Assembly: GCA_964492105.1 (NCBI GenBank)
Contig: CAZBJB010000001.1
Coordinates: 1-55,291 of the forward strand
DNA from: an uncultured Zetaproteobacteria bacterium
GTDB taxonomy: Bacteria > Pseudomonadota > Zetaproteobacteria > Mariprofundales > Mariprofundaceae
Reading direction: 5' to 3'
Length of the DNA stretch: 55,291 nt
The notes beneath the pieces were generated by a model. That model was given only the letters and a program-made list of their open reading frames with translations. It did not search any database and was not told the origin of the DNA. Made by a program: the position numbers and the translations under genes. Shown here in pieces: positions 34,925 to 44,298 of the stretch (position 1 is the stretch's first letter; every line of letters starts with the position of its first letter).

Positions 34925-35682
34925 GCATACCAAAAATTCGGGTCTGCGACGTGAGGAAGCGTTTCAACAGCAAGGTGGTGCTTGACGGCATCAGTCTGGA
35001 CGTGATGCCCGGAGAATCCATGGTGATTATCGGCCTTTCCGGCACCGGAAAGAGCGTGCTGATGAAATGCATCCTTGGCCTGATCAAACCGGATGAAGGC
35101 CAGATACTGGTGGATGGGGAAGACTGGTGTACCCTGCCCGAAAGAGAACAACTGGAACGCATGCGGCGTATTGGCATGGTATTTCAGGGTTCCGCTCTGT
35201 TTGACTCATTGCCCGTATGGGAAAATGTCGCGTTTGCCCTGCTTCGGCAAGGGATCGGCAGAAAAGAAGCGAGAAAGCGTGCCAGTCGCGTACTGGAGAT
35301 GGTCGGACTGCCCGGCACGGAGGATGTCATGCCAGCCGAACTTTCCGGAGGCATGACCAGACGTGCCGGATTTGCACGCGCCATCTGCCACAAACCGGAA
35401 ATGGTATTTTATGATGAACCGCTAGCGGGGCTGGATCCCATTATGGCCGATGCCATCACCCATCTGATGCTCCGGCTGCATGAGGAATTCGATGTTACAT
35501 CGCTTACCATTGCACACAATATGCCGCTTGCCCGGCGCTTTGGCGGTCGTATTGCCATGCTGATGGATGGTAAGATTCACCGAATTTTGTCACCCGATGA
35601 GCTGGATTCGTGTTCCGATCCCGTGGTTCGTCAGTTTGTCGAAGGCAGGGCCGATGGGCCGATTCATGTGCTGGAGGGATGA
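34912..35682 (+). CDS. MlaF-like ABC transporter ATP-binding protein
   Basis: Walker A GLSGTGKS, signature LSGGMTRR, Walker B VFYDEP. The start overlaps the permease stop. Confidence 0.9.
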   Translation, partial: DVPVSIPKIRVCDVRKRFNSKVVLDGISLDVMPGESMVIIGLSGTGKSVLMKCILGLIKPDEGQILVDGEDWCTLPEREQLERMRRIGMVFQGSALFDSLPVWENVAFALLRQGIGRKEARKRASRVLEMVGLPGTEDVMPAELSGGMTRRAGFARAICHKPEMVFYDEPLAGLDPIMADAITHLMLRLHEEFDVTSLTIAHNMPLARRFGGRIAMLMDGKIHRILSPDELDSCSDPVVRQFVEGRADGPIHVLEG

Positions 35683-35724
35683 GTGGTAAGGAATTTATGA
35701 GACGGGAAATAAGAGGATGATGTC

Positions 35725-36618
35725 ATGAATGCACAAGCCAGACTGGGGGCTTTTGTCCTGATTGGCGTGCTGGTGCTGGGCCTGCTGAGTGTCAAAATTG
35801 GCCGAATTCACATATTCGGTCATAACGGGACAATCGTGGAGGCTATATTTAACGACGTGAGCGGTCTGGAAGATCAAACGCCTGTGCGCATGGCGGGCGT
35901 TCGGGTCGGTCGCGTGGCATCCATTACGCTGGAGAACAACCGCGCCCTTGTGCGCATACATCTGCGACCGGGCATCACCCTTCCGGCTTCCACACGTGCG
36001 TCACTGGCCGGCGGTGGTCTCATGGGTGAAAAGTTTATCGCCCTGAATGCGGACCCGAATGATTCCAAATCGTTACCGCCCGGAAAACACATCCCTACAG
36101 TGCAAGGCGGAAATCTGAATATGCTGATGGCCAGAGTTGCCGCTACTACCGACGATATCCATCAACTCACGATGATGGGTGAACGCGCCATCCATACGAT
36201 CTCTGTTATACTGGATGAGAATCGCGGCGATCTGCGCAACACCCTTCATAACCTGAGCCGTGTCAGCGATTCCATGAGGAAACATGTGCCGGGTACATTG
36301 AATCACGCACGGCGCGCATTCAGTCATTTGGCCAAAGCGGCGGATGCAAGCACAGCTTTCTTCAATGCGGGGCAACAATCCTTTCATGACCTTGATGCAC
36401 TGCTGGTGGGCAACCGTGAAAATCTTTACCGCATGATTTTTGGATTTCGCAAGGCTGCCGAAAATCTGGATGCATTGTCCGACGATCTGCGCCGCAATCC
36501 ATGGAAACTGATGATCAAGCAAAAAGAAGTACCGCCTTCCCCACACGCCAGTCAGGAGAGGATGGAGGAAATGATGCTTTCAACCGGTCAGATGGGCCTT
36601 GCTCCCGCACGACACTAG
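35725..36618 (+). CDS. MCE/MlaD-family substrate-binding protein (long form)
   Basis: An N-terminal TM helix, then the MCE domain FNDVSGLEDQTPVRMAGVRVGRV. About 297 aa with a helical C-terminal extension. Confidence 0.85.
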   Translation: MNAQARLGAFVLIGVLVLGLLSVKIGRIHIFGHNGTIVEAIFNDVSGLEDQTPVRMAGVRVGRVASITLENNRALVRIHLRPGITLPASTRASLAGGGLMGEKFIALNADPNDSKSLPPGKHIPTVQGGNLNMLMARVAATTDDIHQLTMMGERAIHTISVILDENRGDLRNTLHNLSRVSDSMRKHVPGTLNHARRAFSHLAKAADASTAFFNAGQQSFHDLDALLVGNRENLYRMIFGFRKAAENLDALSDDLRRNPWKLMIKQKEVPPSPHASQERMEEMMLSTGQMGLAPARH

Positions 36619-36709
36619 CCCGTATTGTTCTTCGACTCATTCCACCCCGAAAGTGAACTCGAAACGGAATAACCGATCATCCATTCAGGGTCTTGCAAGC
36701 AGCTCCGCA

Positions 36710-37471
36710 ATGATTGTCCTTGCTTGCCTGTATCTGATTCCGTCGGCTGGCCTGGCTGGAACATATTTTGAAGCAGCACAACGTCTTTTCGAATCCGGCC
36801 ATGAAACCGATGCGCGGCGGTCACTGACGTTGGAGATAGGACTGCGCCCCGGAAATCTGGAAGCGCGCTACGATCTTGCTGTACTCCTCATGCGTATCGG
36901 CCATCGGGAAGAGGCCATCCGTCTGTATCAGGAAAACATGAAGCGCGGCTGGTATCTGCCTACCGTTGTCAATCTGAGCGCGCTTTACCTTAAGCGGGGC
37001 AAGCGCAAATCCGCCATTCGACTGCTGGAAAGCGCCACCCGGAAATTCCGTTCGGAGGCCGTCCCATGGTACCTGCTGGCTGCCATAGCCAAACAACAAA
37101 AACAATTCAAAAAGGCGGATAAATATTATCAACAATCACTCAAGGCAGACCGGAAAAATGGTTTTGCTCACATCCGTTACGCCCGGTTTCTAGCCAGCCG
37201 TCATCGTCTGCGGGCGGCCATCACGCATGCCGAACACGCCATGCGCCTGTTACCCGAATGCGCACCATGTTTTAACATCGAAGGCAATATTTTACGTCAA
37301 AATCATGAGATAAAACGAGCATTGATCGCCTACCAGAAAGCCGTTTCCCTGTCACCCGGTCGTGCCACCCGGCTGAATATTATTGCCATGCTGGATGCGC
37401 TTGGCGAACATCGACGCGCCAACACGATGAGACAGGCCATGAAGGCCGAACGGGCGGATCCCGTCCCATGA
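36710..37471 (+). CDS. TPR-repeat protein with signal/anchor
   Basis: MIVLACLYLIPSAGLAG, followed by repeated A..YY..SL/A..P motifs (LEARYDLAVLL, ADKYYQQSLKADRKN, ALIAYQKAVSLSP). Confidence 0.7.
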   Translation: MIVLACLYLIPSAGLAGTYFEAAQRLFESGHETDARRSLTLEIGLRPGNLEARYDLAVLLMRIGHREEAIRLYQENMKRGWYLPTVVNLSALYLKRGKRKSAIRLLESATRKFRSEAVPWYLLAAIAKQQKQFKKADKYYQQSLKADRKNGFAHIRYARFLASRHRLRAAITHAEHAMRLLPECAPCFNIEGNILRQNHEIKRALIAYQKAVSLSPGRATRLNIIAMLDALGEHRRANTMRQAMKAERADPVP

Positions 37472-38607
37472 GTTCCCCTTCGGCTACACTGCCGTTCCGC
37501 TCCTCCGCATTGGGCTCGCTCGGCGTGGAGATGGAATGGATTACCGTGGATATGGACAGTGGCGCACAGATTCCGGCCGCGCCACGGTTCTTCTCACACA
37601 TTGAAACGACGCCACGCATCAAACCGGAACTGTTTACCTCCACGATTGAAATCAATACGGGCATTCATGCCCGAACGCAAGATTGCATCGCGGAACTGGA
37701 AACGCTGCACAAACAGGTCGGTGACCTTCTGGTCGGGCAACGTGCGGCGCTTCTTTCCAGCGGTGCCCATCCCTTCTCCCGCTGGCAGGATCAAACGGTC
37801 AGTGACGATGCACGCTATCAGCATCTGGTCGATCGTTTGTGCTGGATAGCGCGGCGTTTCAATATTTTTGGTATCCATGCACATATTGGCATGCCGAGTG
37901 GTGATGATTGTATTGTCGCACTCAACCATTTACTGCCTGTCATACCTGCGTTTCTTGCGATCTCGGCCAATTCCCCCTACTGGACGAAGCATGATACGGG
38001 TCTGTCATCCTGCCGCATCAAAATATTCGAGGGATTGAGCCAGGGCGGAATGCCATTCTACTTTGAGGACTGGCGGGATTTTGAACATTGTACACATCGC
38101 CTGATGATGACCGGAAGCATTGATTCGGTACGTGATATCTGGTGGGAAATGCGTCCACATCCGGACTTCGGTACCCTGGAAATCCGGATCGGCGACATGC
38201 CCGCGACCCGGGCTGATGCCGCAGCCTATGTTGCTTATGTGCGTGCCGAAGCCATGGCTGCGGTGCATACGACAAGACGTCCCCGCGTACATCCATCACT
38301 GATCCGGGAAAACCGATGGCGCGCATGCCGCTATGGCATAAACGCAATCATGATCGCACCGGAAACAGAACGCCTCGTGCCGGTACTCGACTGGATTGAA
38401 AATCGTCTGAATATTCTGCCCGAACAGGGTGCTGAAACGGAGGATATTGCGATTGTCCGGGAACAACTGGTACATTGGCGTTCCCACGGGGATGGCGCGG
38501 ATCGCCAACGCCGCATCCGGCAAGCGTCCCCGGACTGGGATGACATGATTGGACGAATGCGTCAGGATGGGTGGAACGGATGTTCCGGATCAAACCCCCT
38601 TCCATGA
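37468..38607 (+). CDS. Carboxylate-amine ligase, glutamate-cysteine ligase family 2 (YbdK-like)
   Basis: LGVEMEWITVD, ELFTSTIEINT, FGIHAHIGM, NSPYW, WWEMRPHPDFGTLEIRIGD are GCS2 signatures. The ATGA overlaps the TPR gene stop. Confidence 0.88.
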   Translation: MSSPSATLPFRSSALGSLGVEMEWITVDMDSGAQIPAAPRFFSHIETTPRIKPELFTSTIEINTGIHARTQDCIAELETLHKQVGDLLVGQRAALLSSGAHPFSRWQDQTVSDDARYQHLVDRLCWIARRFNIFGIHAHIGMPSGDDCIVALNHLLPVIPAFLAISANSPYWTKHDTGLSSCRIKIFEGLSQGGMPFYFEDWRDFEHCTHRLMMTGSIDSVRDIWWEMRPHPDFGTLEIRIGDMPATRADAAAYVAYVRAEAMAAVHTTRRPRVHPSLIRENRWRACRYGINAIMIAPETERLVPVLDWIENRLNILPEQGAETEDIAIVREQLVHWRSHGDGADRQRRIRQASPDWDDMIGRMRQDGWNGCSGSNPLP

Positions 38608-39776
38608 ACAGTGATCGCTTCATGCAGCATATTGCGGCGGTTATGCCGGACGTCATTGCCTTGAGACGACATTTGCACGCCCACCCTGAACTCTCCGGCC
38701 ATGAGAAAAAGACGGCCGCCCATGTCGCCGGACTGCTCGAAGGTAACGGCATCGCCGTGCGATCCGGTATCGGCGGTTATGGGTTACTCTCGACAATCAG
38801 GGTGGCGGAAGACAGGCCATGGGTTGCACTCAGGGCCGATATGGACGCCCTGCCTATTCATGATGGTAAGAAAATGTGCGACTACGCCTCCACCGAAGCA
38901 AACATTACCCATGCCTGTGGCCATGATGCGCATACGGCCATGCTGTGTGGTGCGGCTGCCGTGTTGCAAGGTATGCGGAATACCCTGCCATTCAATGTCG
39001 CCTGTATCTTTCAACCGGCGGAAGAGAGTGCGGCGGGCGCACGCATGATGCTGGATGACGGTGTATTTGCCCGCATTCATCCCGAGCGCATTTATGCGTT
39101 GCACGTCTACCCCTATCTACCAGCCGGAAGCCTTGGGCTGAAAGACGGTGTCATGTGTGCTGCGGCCGACATATTTGATGTGGAAATCGAAGGGCGCGGT
39201 GGCCATGCCGCGCGCCCGCATGAGTGCATTGACGTGATCCTGATTAGCAGTCACATTATTCAGGCATTGAACCATATTGTCAGCCGCCGTGTAAACCCGC
39301 TGGATCCGGCGGTTCTGACTATCGGTCAGATTCATGCGGGCAGCGCAGCCAATGTCATTCCCTGTTGCGCCCGTTTTTCCGGTACGGTGCGTTCATTGCA
39401 TCCGGACACGCATGAGGAAATACGGCTGCGTATGGATCGCATCATCCGCCAGACAGCGGAGACATGGGGCGCTACAGCCCGGTTTTATATGCGTCAGGCC
39501 ATCCCTGTCTTGCATAATGACACAAAAACCATGCAAACAGTGCGTGCCAGGCTGGCGCAATACCTGCCGGATACGCCCATCGTTGAAATCAAGGAACCTT
39601 CCATGGGCGGAGATGATTTCGCCGAGTATCTCAAGCAGACACCTGGTGCACTCCTGCGTCTGGGGACCGGTGGAAGCCCCGCCACGCGCTATCCTCTGCA
39701 CCATCCCTGTTTTGACGTAGACGAATCCGCCCTGCCCGCAGGCGTGGCCGCACTCGCTTGCCTGTGCCTGGCGTGA
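38604..39776 (+). CDS. M20D-family amidohydrolase (N-acyl-amino-acid / hippurate hydrolase-like)
   Basis: LRRHLHAHPELSGHEKKTA, ALRADMDALP, HACGHDAHTAML, FQPAEE, GGDDFAEY. The ATG at 38604 overlaps the GCS2 stop (ATGA). Confidence 0.88.
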   Translation: MNSDRFMQHIAAVMPDVIALRRHLHAHPELSGHEKKTAAHVAGLLEGNGIAVRSGIGGYGLLSTIRVAEDRPWVALRADMDALPIHDGKKMCDYASTEANITHACGHDAHTAMLCGAAAVLQGMRNTLPFNVACIFQPAEESAAGARMMLDDGVFARIHPERIYALHVYPYLPAGSLGLKDGVMCAAADIFDVEIEGRGGHAARPHECIDVILISSHIIQALNHIVSRRVNPLDPAVLTIGQIHAGSAANVIPCCARFSGTVRSLHPDTHEEIRLRMDRIIRQTAETWGATARFYMRQAIPVLHNDTKTMQTVRARLAQYLPDTPIVEIKEPSMGGDDFAEYLKQTPGALLRLGTGGSPATRYPLHHPCFDVDESALPAGVAALACLCLA

Positions 39777-39778
39777 CC

Positions 39779-40216
39779 ATGCTACGACTATTCTTCGTGC
39801 TGTTCGTCACCCTTCCATTGCTGGAATTATATGTACTGATTCAAGTGGGAAACGCTATTGGAGGTCTCAACACCATTGTGCTGTGCCTGTTGACGGCCTT
39901 TATCGGCGGCATGTTGATTCGCCGACAGGGTCTGATAACCCTGGTGGATGCGCAAAAACGCATGGCTTCGGGTGATCTTCCCGCCGAGCATGCTTTTCAT
40001 GGCATCTTGCTGGCGATAGCGGGTATTCTGCTTTTTACGCCAGGGTTCATCACCGATTTTGTGGGGTTTTTGTTATTGATTCCATCATTGAGGCGATGGT
40101 CGATCCGTCGTTGCCTTCCCATCAATCCGGTACGGACGGATCGATCCCGATCAGATATCATTGATGCGGATATTGTTGATCCCGAAGACCATGATCCTCC
40201 CATGAACCAACATTAA
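39779..40216 (+). CDS. fxsA: FxsA family membrane protein
   Basis: MLRLFFVLFVTLPLLELYVLIQVG...LLFTPGFITDFVGFLLLIP is the FxsA signature. Confidence 0.88.
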   Translation: MLRLFFVLFVTLPLLELYVLIQVGNAIGGLNTIVLCLLTAFIGGMLIRRQGLITLVDAQKRMASGDLPAEHAFHGILLAIAGILLFTPGFITDFVGFLLLIPSLRRWSIRRCLPINPVRTDRSRSDIIDADIVDPEDHDPPMNQH

Positions 40217-40390
40217 ACCCAAGATCCGACATTGACATCCGCCGTATGTCAGTCAGGCCTCGGGATCATCGCCCGCCTTGACGGATATGAGCCGTTTGCG
40301 GCAGCATTCATCTGCTGGAGTTGTAAAGGACACGCAACTGTTCAATACACTGTAACCACGGAGCACACAGAGAGCTTGAAAGGAGATATT

Positions 40391-41047
40391 ATGTCAACAT
40401 ATATCCAGTCCACGACCCGTATTGATGCGCGTATCGGTTTTCTGGGACGTACGTACGGCATGCTGACGCTTTGTATCACCGCCGGAAGTATCGGCGCCTA
40501 TGCCAGTATGGGGATGGCCTTTCCTTATCAGCATCCGTGGATGATGCTGTTCATCATGATGGGCGGTATCTTCATGGTGCAGAGGCTTCGCCATACCCCG
40601 GTCATCAATGTGCTTGCATTGCTGGGTTTTGGTGCAATCACCGGTATGAGTATTGCACCCCTGGTTCACATGGTGGCCGCCAAATCAGGCATGCTGGTGG
40701 CACAGGCGTTCATGACGACCGCCGTTGCTTTTGTCGCGTTGACGGCATATACCTTTGTTTCAAAAAAGGACTTTTCCTTCCTGAAAGGCTTTGTCTGGAC
40801 GGGGCTCGTTGCCATCATTGTGCTGGGTCTGTCCAATTATTTTTTCTTTGAATCCGGTACGGTTGCGCTTGCCATTTCCGGTGTTGGCGTATTGGTATTC
40901 TCGGCTTTTATTCTGTACGATACTTCCAGCGTATTGCGGCAGTATCCCGATGATGAATATATTTCCGCTGCATTAACGCTGTATCTGGATGTATTCCTGC
41001 TGTTTGAGAATCTCCTGATGCTGTTTGGCGTGCTTGGCGACGATTAA
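40391..41047 (+). CDS. Bax-inhibitor-1/YccA-family membrane protein
   Basis: FLGRTYGMLTLCI, seven TM segments, and a C-terminal SAALTLYLDVFLLFENLLMLFG. AGGAG RBS before the ATG at 40391. Confidence 0.88.
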   Translation: MSTYIQSTTRIDARIGFLGRTYGMLTLCITAGSIGAYASMGMAFPYQHPWMMLFIMMGGIFMVQRLRHTPVINVLALLGFGAITGMSIAPLVHMVAAKSGMLVAQAFMTTAVAFVALTAYTFVSKKDFSFLKGFVWTGLVAIIVLGLSNYFFFESGTVALAISGVGVLVFSAFILYDTSSVLRQYPDDEYISAALTLYLDVFLLFENLLMLFGVLGDD

Positions 41048-41176
41048 GGCGAACACATTCGTAACGGTATCAGCGCACCCTCCGATTGACCCGATCATTG
41101 CGTCGGACATGCTCGTCTGCAGGAGGCTATACTGTCTGCTTGCATATGGCGTATCCGTCTGAGCCCATTGCAAAGC

Positions 41177-41764
41177 CTATTGTTCCTCGCCTGTGATGGG
41201 CCTGTCGGGTGTATTGGCGGGCGCATGAATGAGTTCAGACCATGCATCGCGCAAGTATTCATACGCAGACCATAAGGTTAACAGGGCGGCGATCCACAGC
41301 AGCACCAGTCCGATCACATGCATATCCAGTCCGAGTATGGTTTCGTGCAGCAAGAGGCAGAAGATCGCAATCATTTGCATAGCTGTTTTCCATTTTCCCA
41401 GCAGTGAAACATGAACAATTCCGGAGACCTGCGCCAGCCATTCACGCAAGGCACTGATAACAATTTCACGCCCGATAATAATGGCGGCCAGCAAGGCGGG
41501 CGTCCGTCCGGCCTCAACCAGAAGCACCAGAGCCGTGGCAACCAGTAGTTTGTCGGCCACGGGATCAAGGAAGCGGCCAAATGCGGTTACTTCATTACGG
41601 CGGCGGGCAAGATATCCATCCAGCCAGTCCGTCAAAGACGCCAGGCCGAACAGAACTGCGGCCCCCAGATGACCTGATCTTCCGGGCAGGTAGAAGACCA
41701 GCGCGAGCAAAGGAATGATCAGCACGCGCGCCGCCGTAAGCTGGTTGGATAGTGTCCACCTCAT
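41177..41764 (-). CDS. pgsA: CDP-diacylglycerol--glycerol-3-phosphate 3-phosphatidyltransferase
   Basis: LTAARVLIIPLL and the CDP-alcohol motif DWLDGYLARR...GRFLDPVADK. The start is taken at M9 (41764). Confidence 0.9.
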   Translation of the reverse strand: MRWTLSNQLTAARVLIIPLLALVFYLPGRSGHLGAAVLFGLASLTDWLDGYLARRRNEVTAFGRFLDPVADKLLVATALVLLVEAGRTPALLAAIIIGREIVISALREWLAQVSGIVHVSLLGKWKTAMQMIAIFCLLLHETILGLDMHVIGLVLLWIAALLTLWSAYEYLRDAWSELIHAPANTPDRPITGEEQ

Positions 41765-41807
41765 TGCCCCATTGTTGACCGGGGGCATAGCCGGGGTAAA
41801 GCTTTTT

Positions 41808-41954
41808 TCTGTTCAGCATGTGTCACGGGGTGTCTCAGGGACTGGAAAGCACGCATACGGACGACCGATGAGGGATTCGGTCGCCTGTATGCGTACATCG
41901 CACAGGCAGGGACAAAGGAACAAATAAGGGCGCGGCAGTATTTGTGCATCATGC
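41808..41954. repeat. Family C repeat, copy d (right half)
   Basis: GCATACGGACGACCGATGAGGGATT ... GGGCGCGGCAGTATTTGTGCATCATGC parallels the right halves of the copies at 29500-29574 and 44055-44200 (reverse complement). Confidence 0.55.
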
Positions 41955-42146
41955 AAGAGGATCGCAGGTTAAGTCCTTGTGGACATCCGACCCAATACAT
42001 CTAATCTTTCCCTTCATGGTGACTGGCCTTCTTGATGGTGGCGCTGCCTTGGCAGCAAGGCACAAACCGAGGATCATCCACACGCCTCAAAAGGGTTGCG
42101 GCATGCGCCGCATGTCAATGTCGGATCCTGGGCTCAAGGGGCCGCC

Positions 42147-44051
42147 ATGAAATCTGAGCGCATGAATATGAAGCCCGATGATAGCGGCTGGTGGAAGCGC
42201 CGCTGGGCTGTATTGGCTCATGATATACTGTGGATCCCGGTATCGTTGTTTCTGGCCTACTGGTTTCGTTTCAATCTGGGAACGATTCCGCCAGTCCATC
42301 TTCACGGGCTGTACTGGACGCTAGTCGTGGCACTTCCGGTGCAGGTTGGGTTCTTTCATGTGTTCGGACTGTATCGGGGTATCTGGCGTTTTTCCTCCAT
42401 TCCCGATTTAACAAGAATCTTGAAGAGCGTGGCCGCAGGCGTAGCGCTGACCTTTGGCCTGGTATTTATTATCAGGCGGCTGGAGGGAGTACCGCGATCC
42501 GTGCTGTTGCTGTATCCGATCTTTCTTTCGGTAGCGCTTGCCGGGCCACGCCTGCTGTACCGTTGGTGGAAGGATCGCTTCCTTCATCTGTCGAGTAACA
42601 CCCAGCGCGCACTGGTTGTTGGCGCGGGCAAGGCGTGCGAGTTGCTCGTGCGCGATCTGTTGAGGCACGGGCCTTGTCTGCCTGTAGGTATCCTGGATGA
42701 TGACGCCGGGAAACAGGGAAGGGACATCCATGGCGTGCGTATTTTGGGAAACCTGAACGATATCTTCGATCAAATTCGCATGATGGCTATAGACGTGGTG
42801 TTGCTGGCCATCCCATCCGCGCCGCGCCAGTTAATTCGTCGCGTGACCAGGGATTGTCAGCAAGCAGGCGTTGTCTGCCGTACGTTACCATCCCTGATAG
42901 AGCTGGCGGATGGTACGGTCGAAGTCGCCAGTTTACGCGATGTCTCCATTGAGGATCTGCTGGGGCGTGATCCTGTCGTAATGGACACGAAACGCCTGAC
43001 TTTGCTGTTGCGGGATCGATGTGTGATGGTCACCGGCGCGGGTGGTTCCATCGGCTCCGAGCTGTGCCGTCAGATTGGCCGCATGGCCCCGACGCATCTG
43101 CTGATGCTGGATCATGCTGAATTCAATCTCTACAGTATTGAGCAGGAAATGCGTAGCCGTCTGGGTCATGTCTGTATTCCCATGCTGGGCGATGTGTGCG
43201 ATAGTGTGTACATGCGCTGGGTGTTCGAGCATTTTCAGCCATGCGTTATTTTCCATGCCGCCGCCTATAAACATGTTCCGCTGGTTGAAGAGAATCCCGC
43301 CGAAGGTGCAAGAACGAATGTGTTTGGCACATGCAACGTCGCCGATCTGGCGGTGGAATTCGGTGTGCGGACATTCGTGCTGGTGAGTACGGATAAAGCG
43401 GTAAATCCCGCCAATGTGATGGGTGCGTCCAAGCGCGCTGCCGAAGTGTATTGTCAGAACCTGGATGCCCGTAGTCCGCATACCGCCTTTATCACCACGC
43501 GATTCGGCAACGTGCTGGGTTCCACCGGCAGTGTTGTGCCCAAGTTCCGCTCACAGATTGCCGACGGTGGTCCCGTTACTGTTACGCATCCTGAAATGAC
43601 CCGCTTCTTTATGACCATTCCGGAAGCTGTAAGCCTGATTCTTCAGGCCGGGGAAATCGGCAAGGGTGGTGAAATTTTCGTTCTGGACATGGGCGAACCC
43701 GTAAAGATTCTCGATCTGGCCGAGCAAATGATTCGTTTGTCCGGCCTTGTGCCCAATGAGGATATCGCCATCAAATTTACGGGCTTAAGGCCGGGAGAAA
43801 AACTGTATGAAGAGTTGTTCCACGAAGCCGAATATCTGAGCGGTACCGCGCATCCGAAATTGATGCTGGCCGCGGCGCGTGAAATGCACTGGCCGCTATT
43901 GACGGACAGGCTGAAACAACTGCGCGATGCCTGCGCCATGCATGATACGGATATGGTACGCCACACACTCAAAGCCATTGTACCGGAGTTTCAGGGCATG
44001 CGCATGGCAACTACCAACGAAAACCCCGTCGTCAACCCCCCCCTTCACTAA
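42147..44051 (+). CDS. Membrane-bound CapD/WbpM/PglF-type nucleoside-diphosphate-sugar 4,6-dehydratase/epimerase
   Basis: Four N-terminal TM helices and two Rossmann regions (VVGAGKACELL; VTGAGGSIGSEL). The catalytic AAAYKHVP and the STDKAVNP motif are present. Confidence 0.88.
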   Translation: MKSERMNMKPDDSGWWKRRWAVLAHDILWIPVSLFLAYWFRFNLGTIPPVHLHGLYWTLVVALPVQVGFFHVFGLYRGIWRFSSIPDLTRILKSVAAGVALTFGLVFIIRRLEGVPRSVLLLYPIFLSVALAGPRLLYRWWKDRFLHLSSNTQRALVVGAGKACELLVRDLLRHGPCLPVGILDDDAGKQGRDIHGVRILGNLNDIFDQIRMMAIDVVLLAIPSAPRQLIRRVTRDCQQAGVVCRTLPSLIELADGTVEVASLRDVSIEDLLGRDPVVMDTKRLTLLLRDRCVMVTGAGGSIGSELCRQIGRMAPTHLLMLDHAEFNLYSIEQEMRSRLGHVCIPMLGDVCDSVYMRWVFEHFQPCVIFHAAAYKHVPLVEENPAEGARTNVFGTCNVADLAVEFGVRTFVLVSTDKAVNPANVMGASKRAAEVYCQNLDARSPHTAFITTRFGNVLGSTGSVVPKFRSQIADGGPVTVTHPEMTRFFMTIPEAVSLILQAGEIGKGGEIFVLDMGEPVKILDLAEQMIRLSGLVPNEDIAIKFTGLRPGEKLYEELFHEAEYLSGTAHPKLMLAAAREMHWPLLTDRLKQLRDACAMHDTDMVRHTLKAIVPEFQGMRMATTNENPVVNPPLH

Positions 44052-44054
44052 CCT

Positions 44055-44298
44055 GCATGATTCACAAATGCTGCCGCGCCCCTGGCTTGCTCCTTTCTCC
44101 CACCCCATAATATCCACTTTGTGTCTTTCACGGGGATCCCGGTTGTTCCCTTGCCTGCAAGGAACCCTTTGTCAGTCGTGTCCGTATGCCCGGCGACGGC
44201 GACCCCTAACGGGGATCGTTGCGAACACAGGTCCGGCCTGTCTGCGTGCGTTTGCGTACAGGCAGGCGCGATCATCACGGTGATTCATGAATAGTCCA
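44055..44298. repeat. Family C repeat, copy e (inverted orientation, with an insert of about 80 nt)
   Basis: The left end is GCATGATTCACAAATGCTGCCG. The right end ...GCAGGCGCGATCATCACGGTGATTCATGAATAGTCCAGA contains the priA start codon. Confidence 0.7.
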
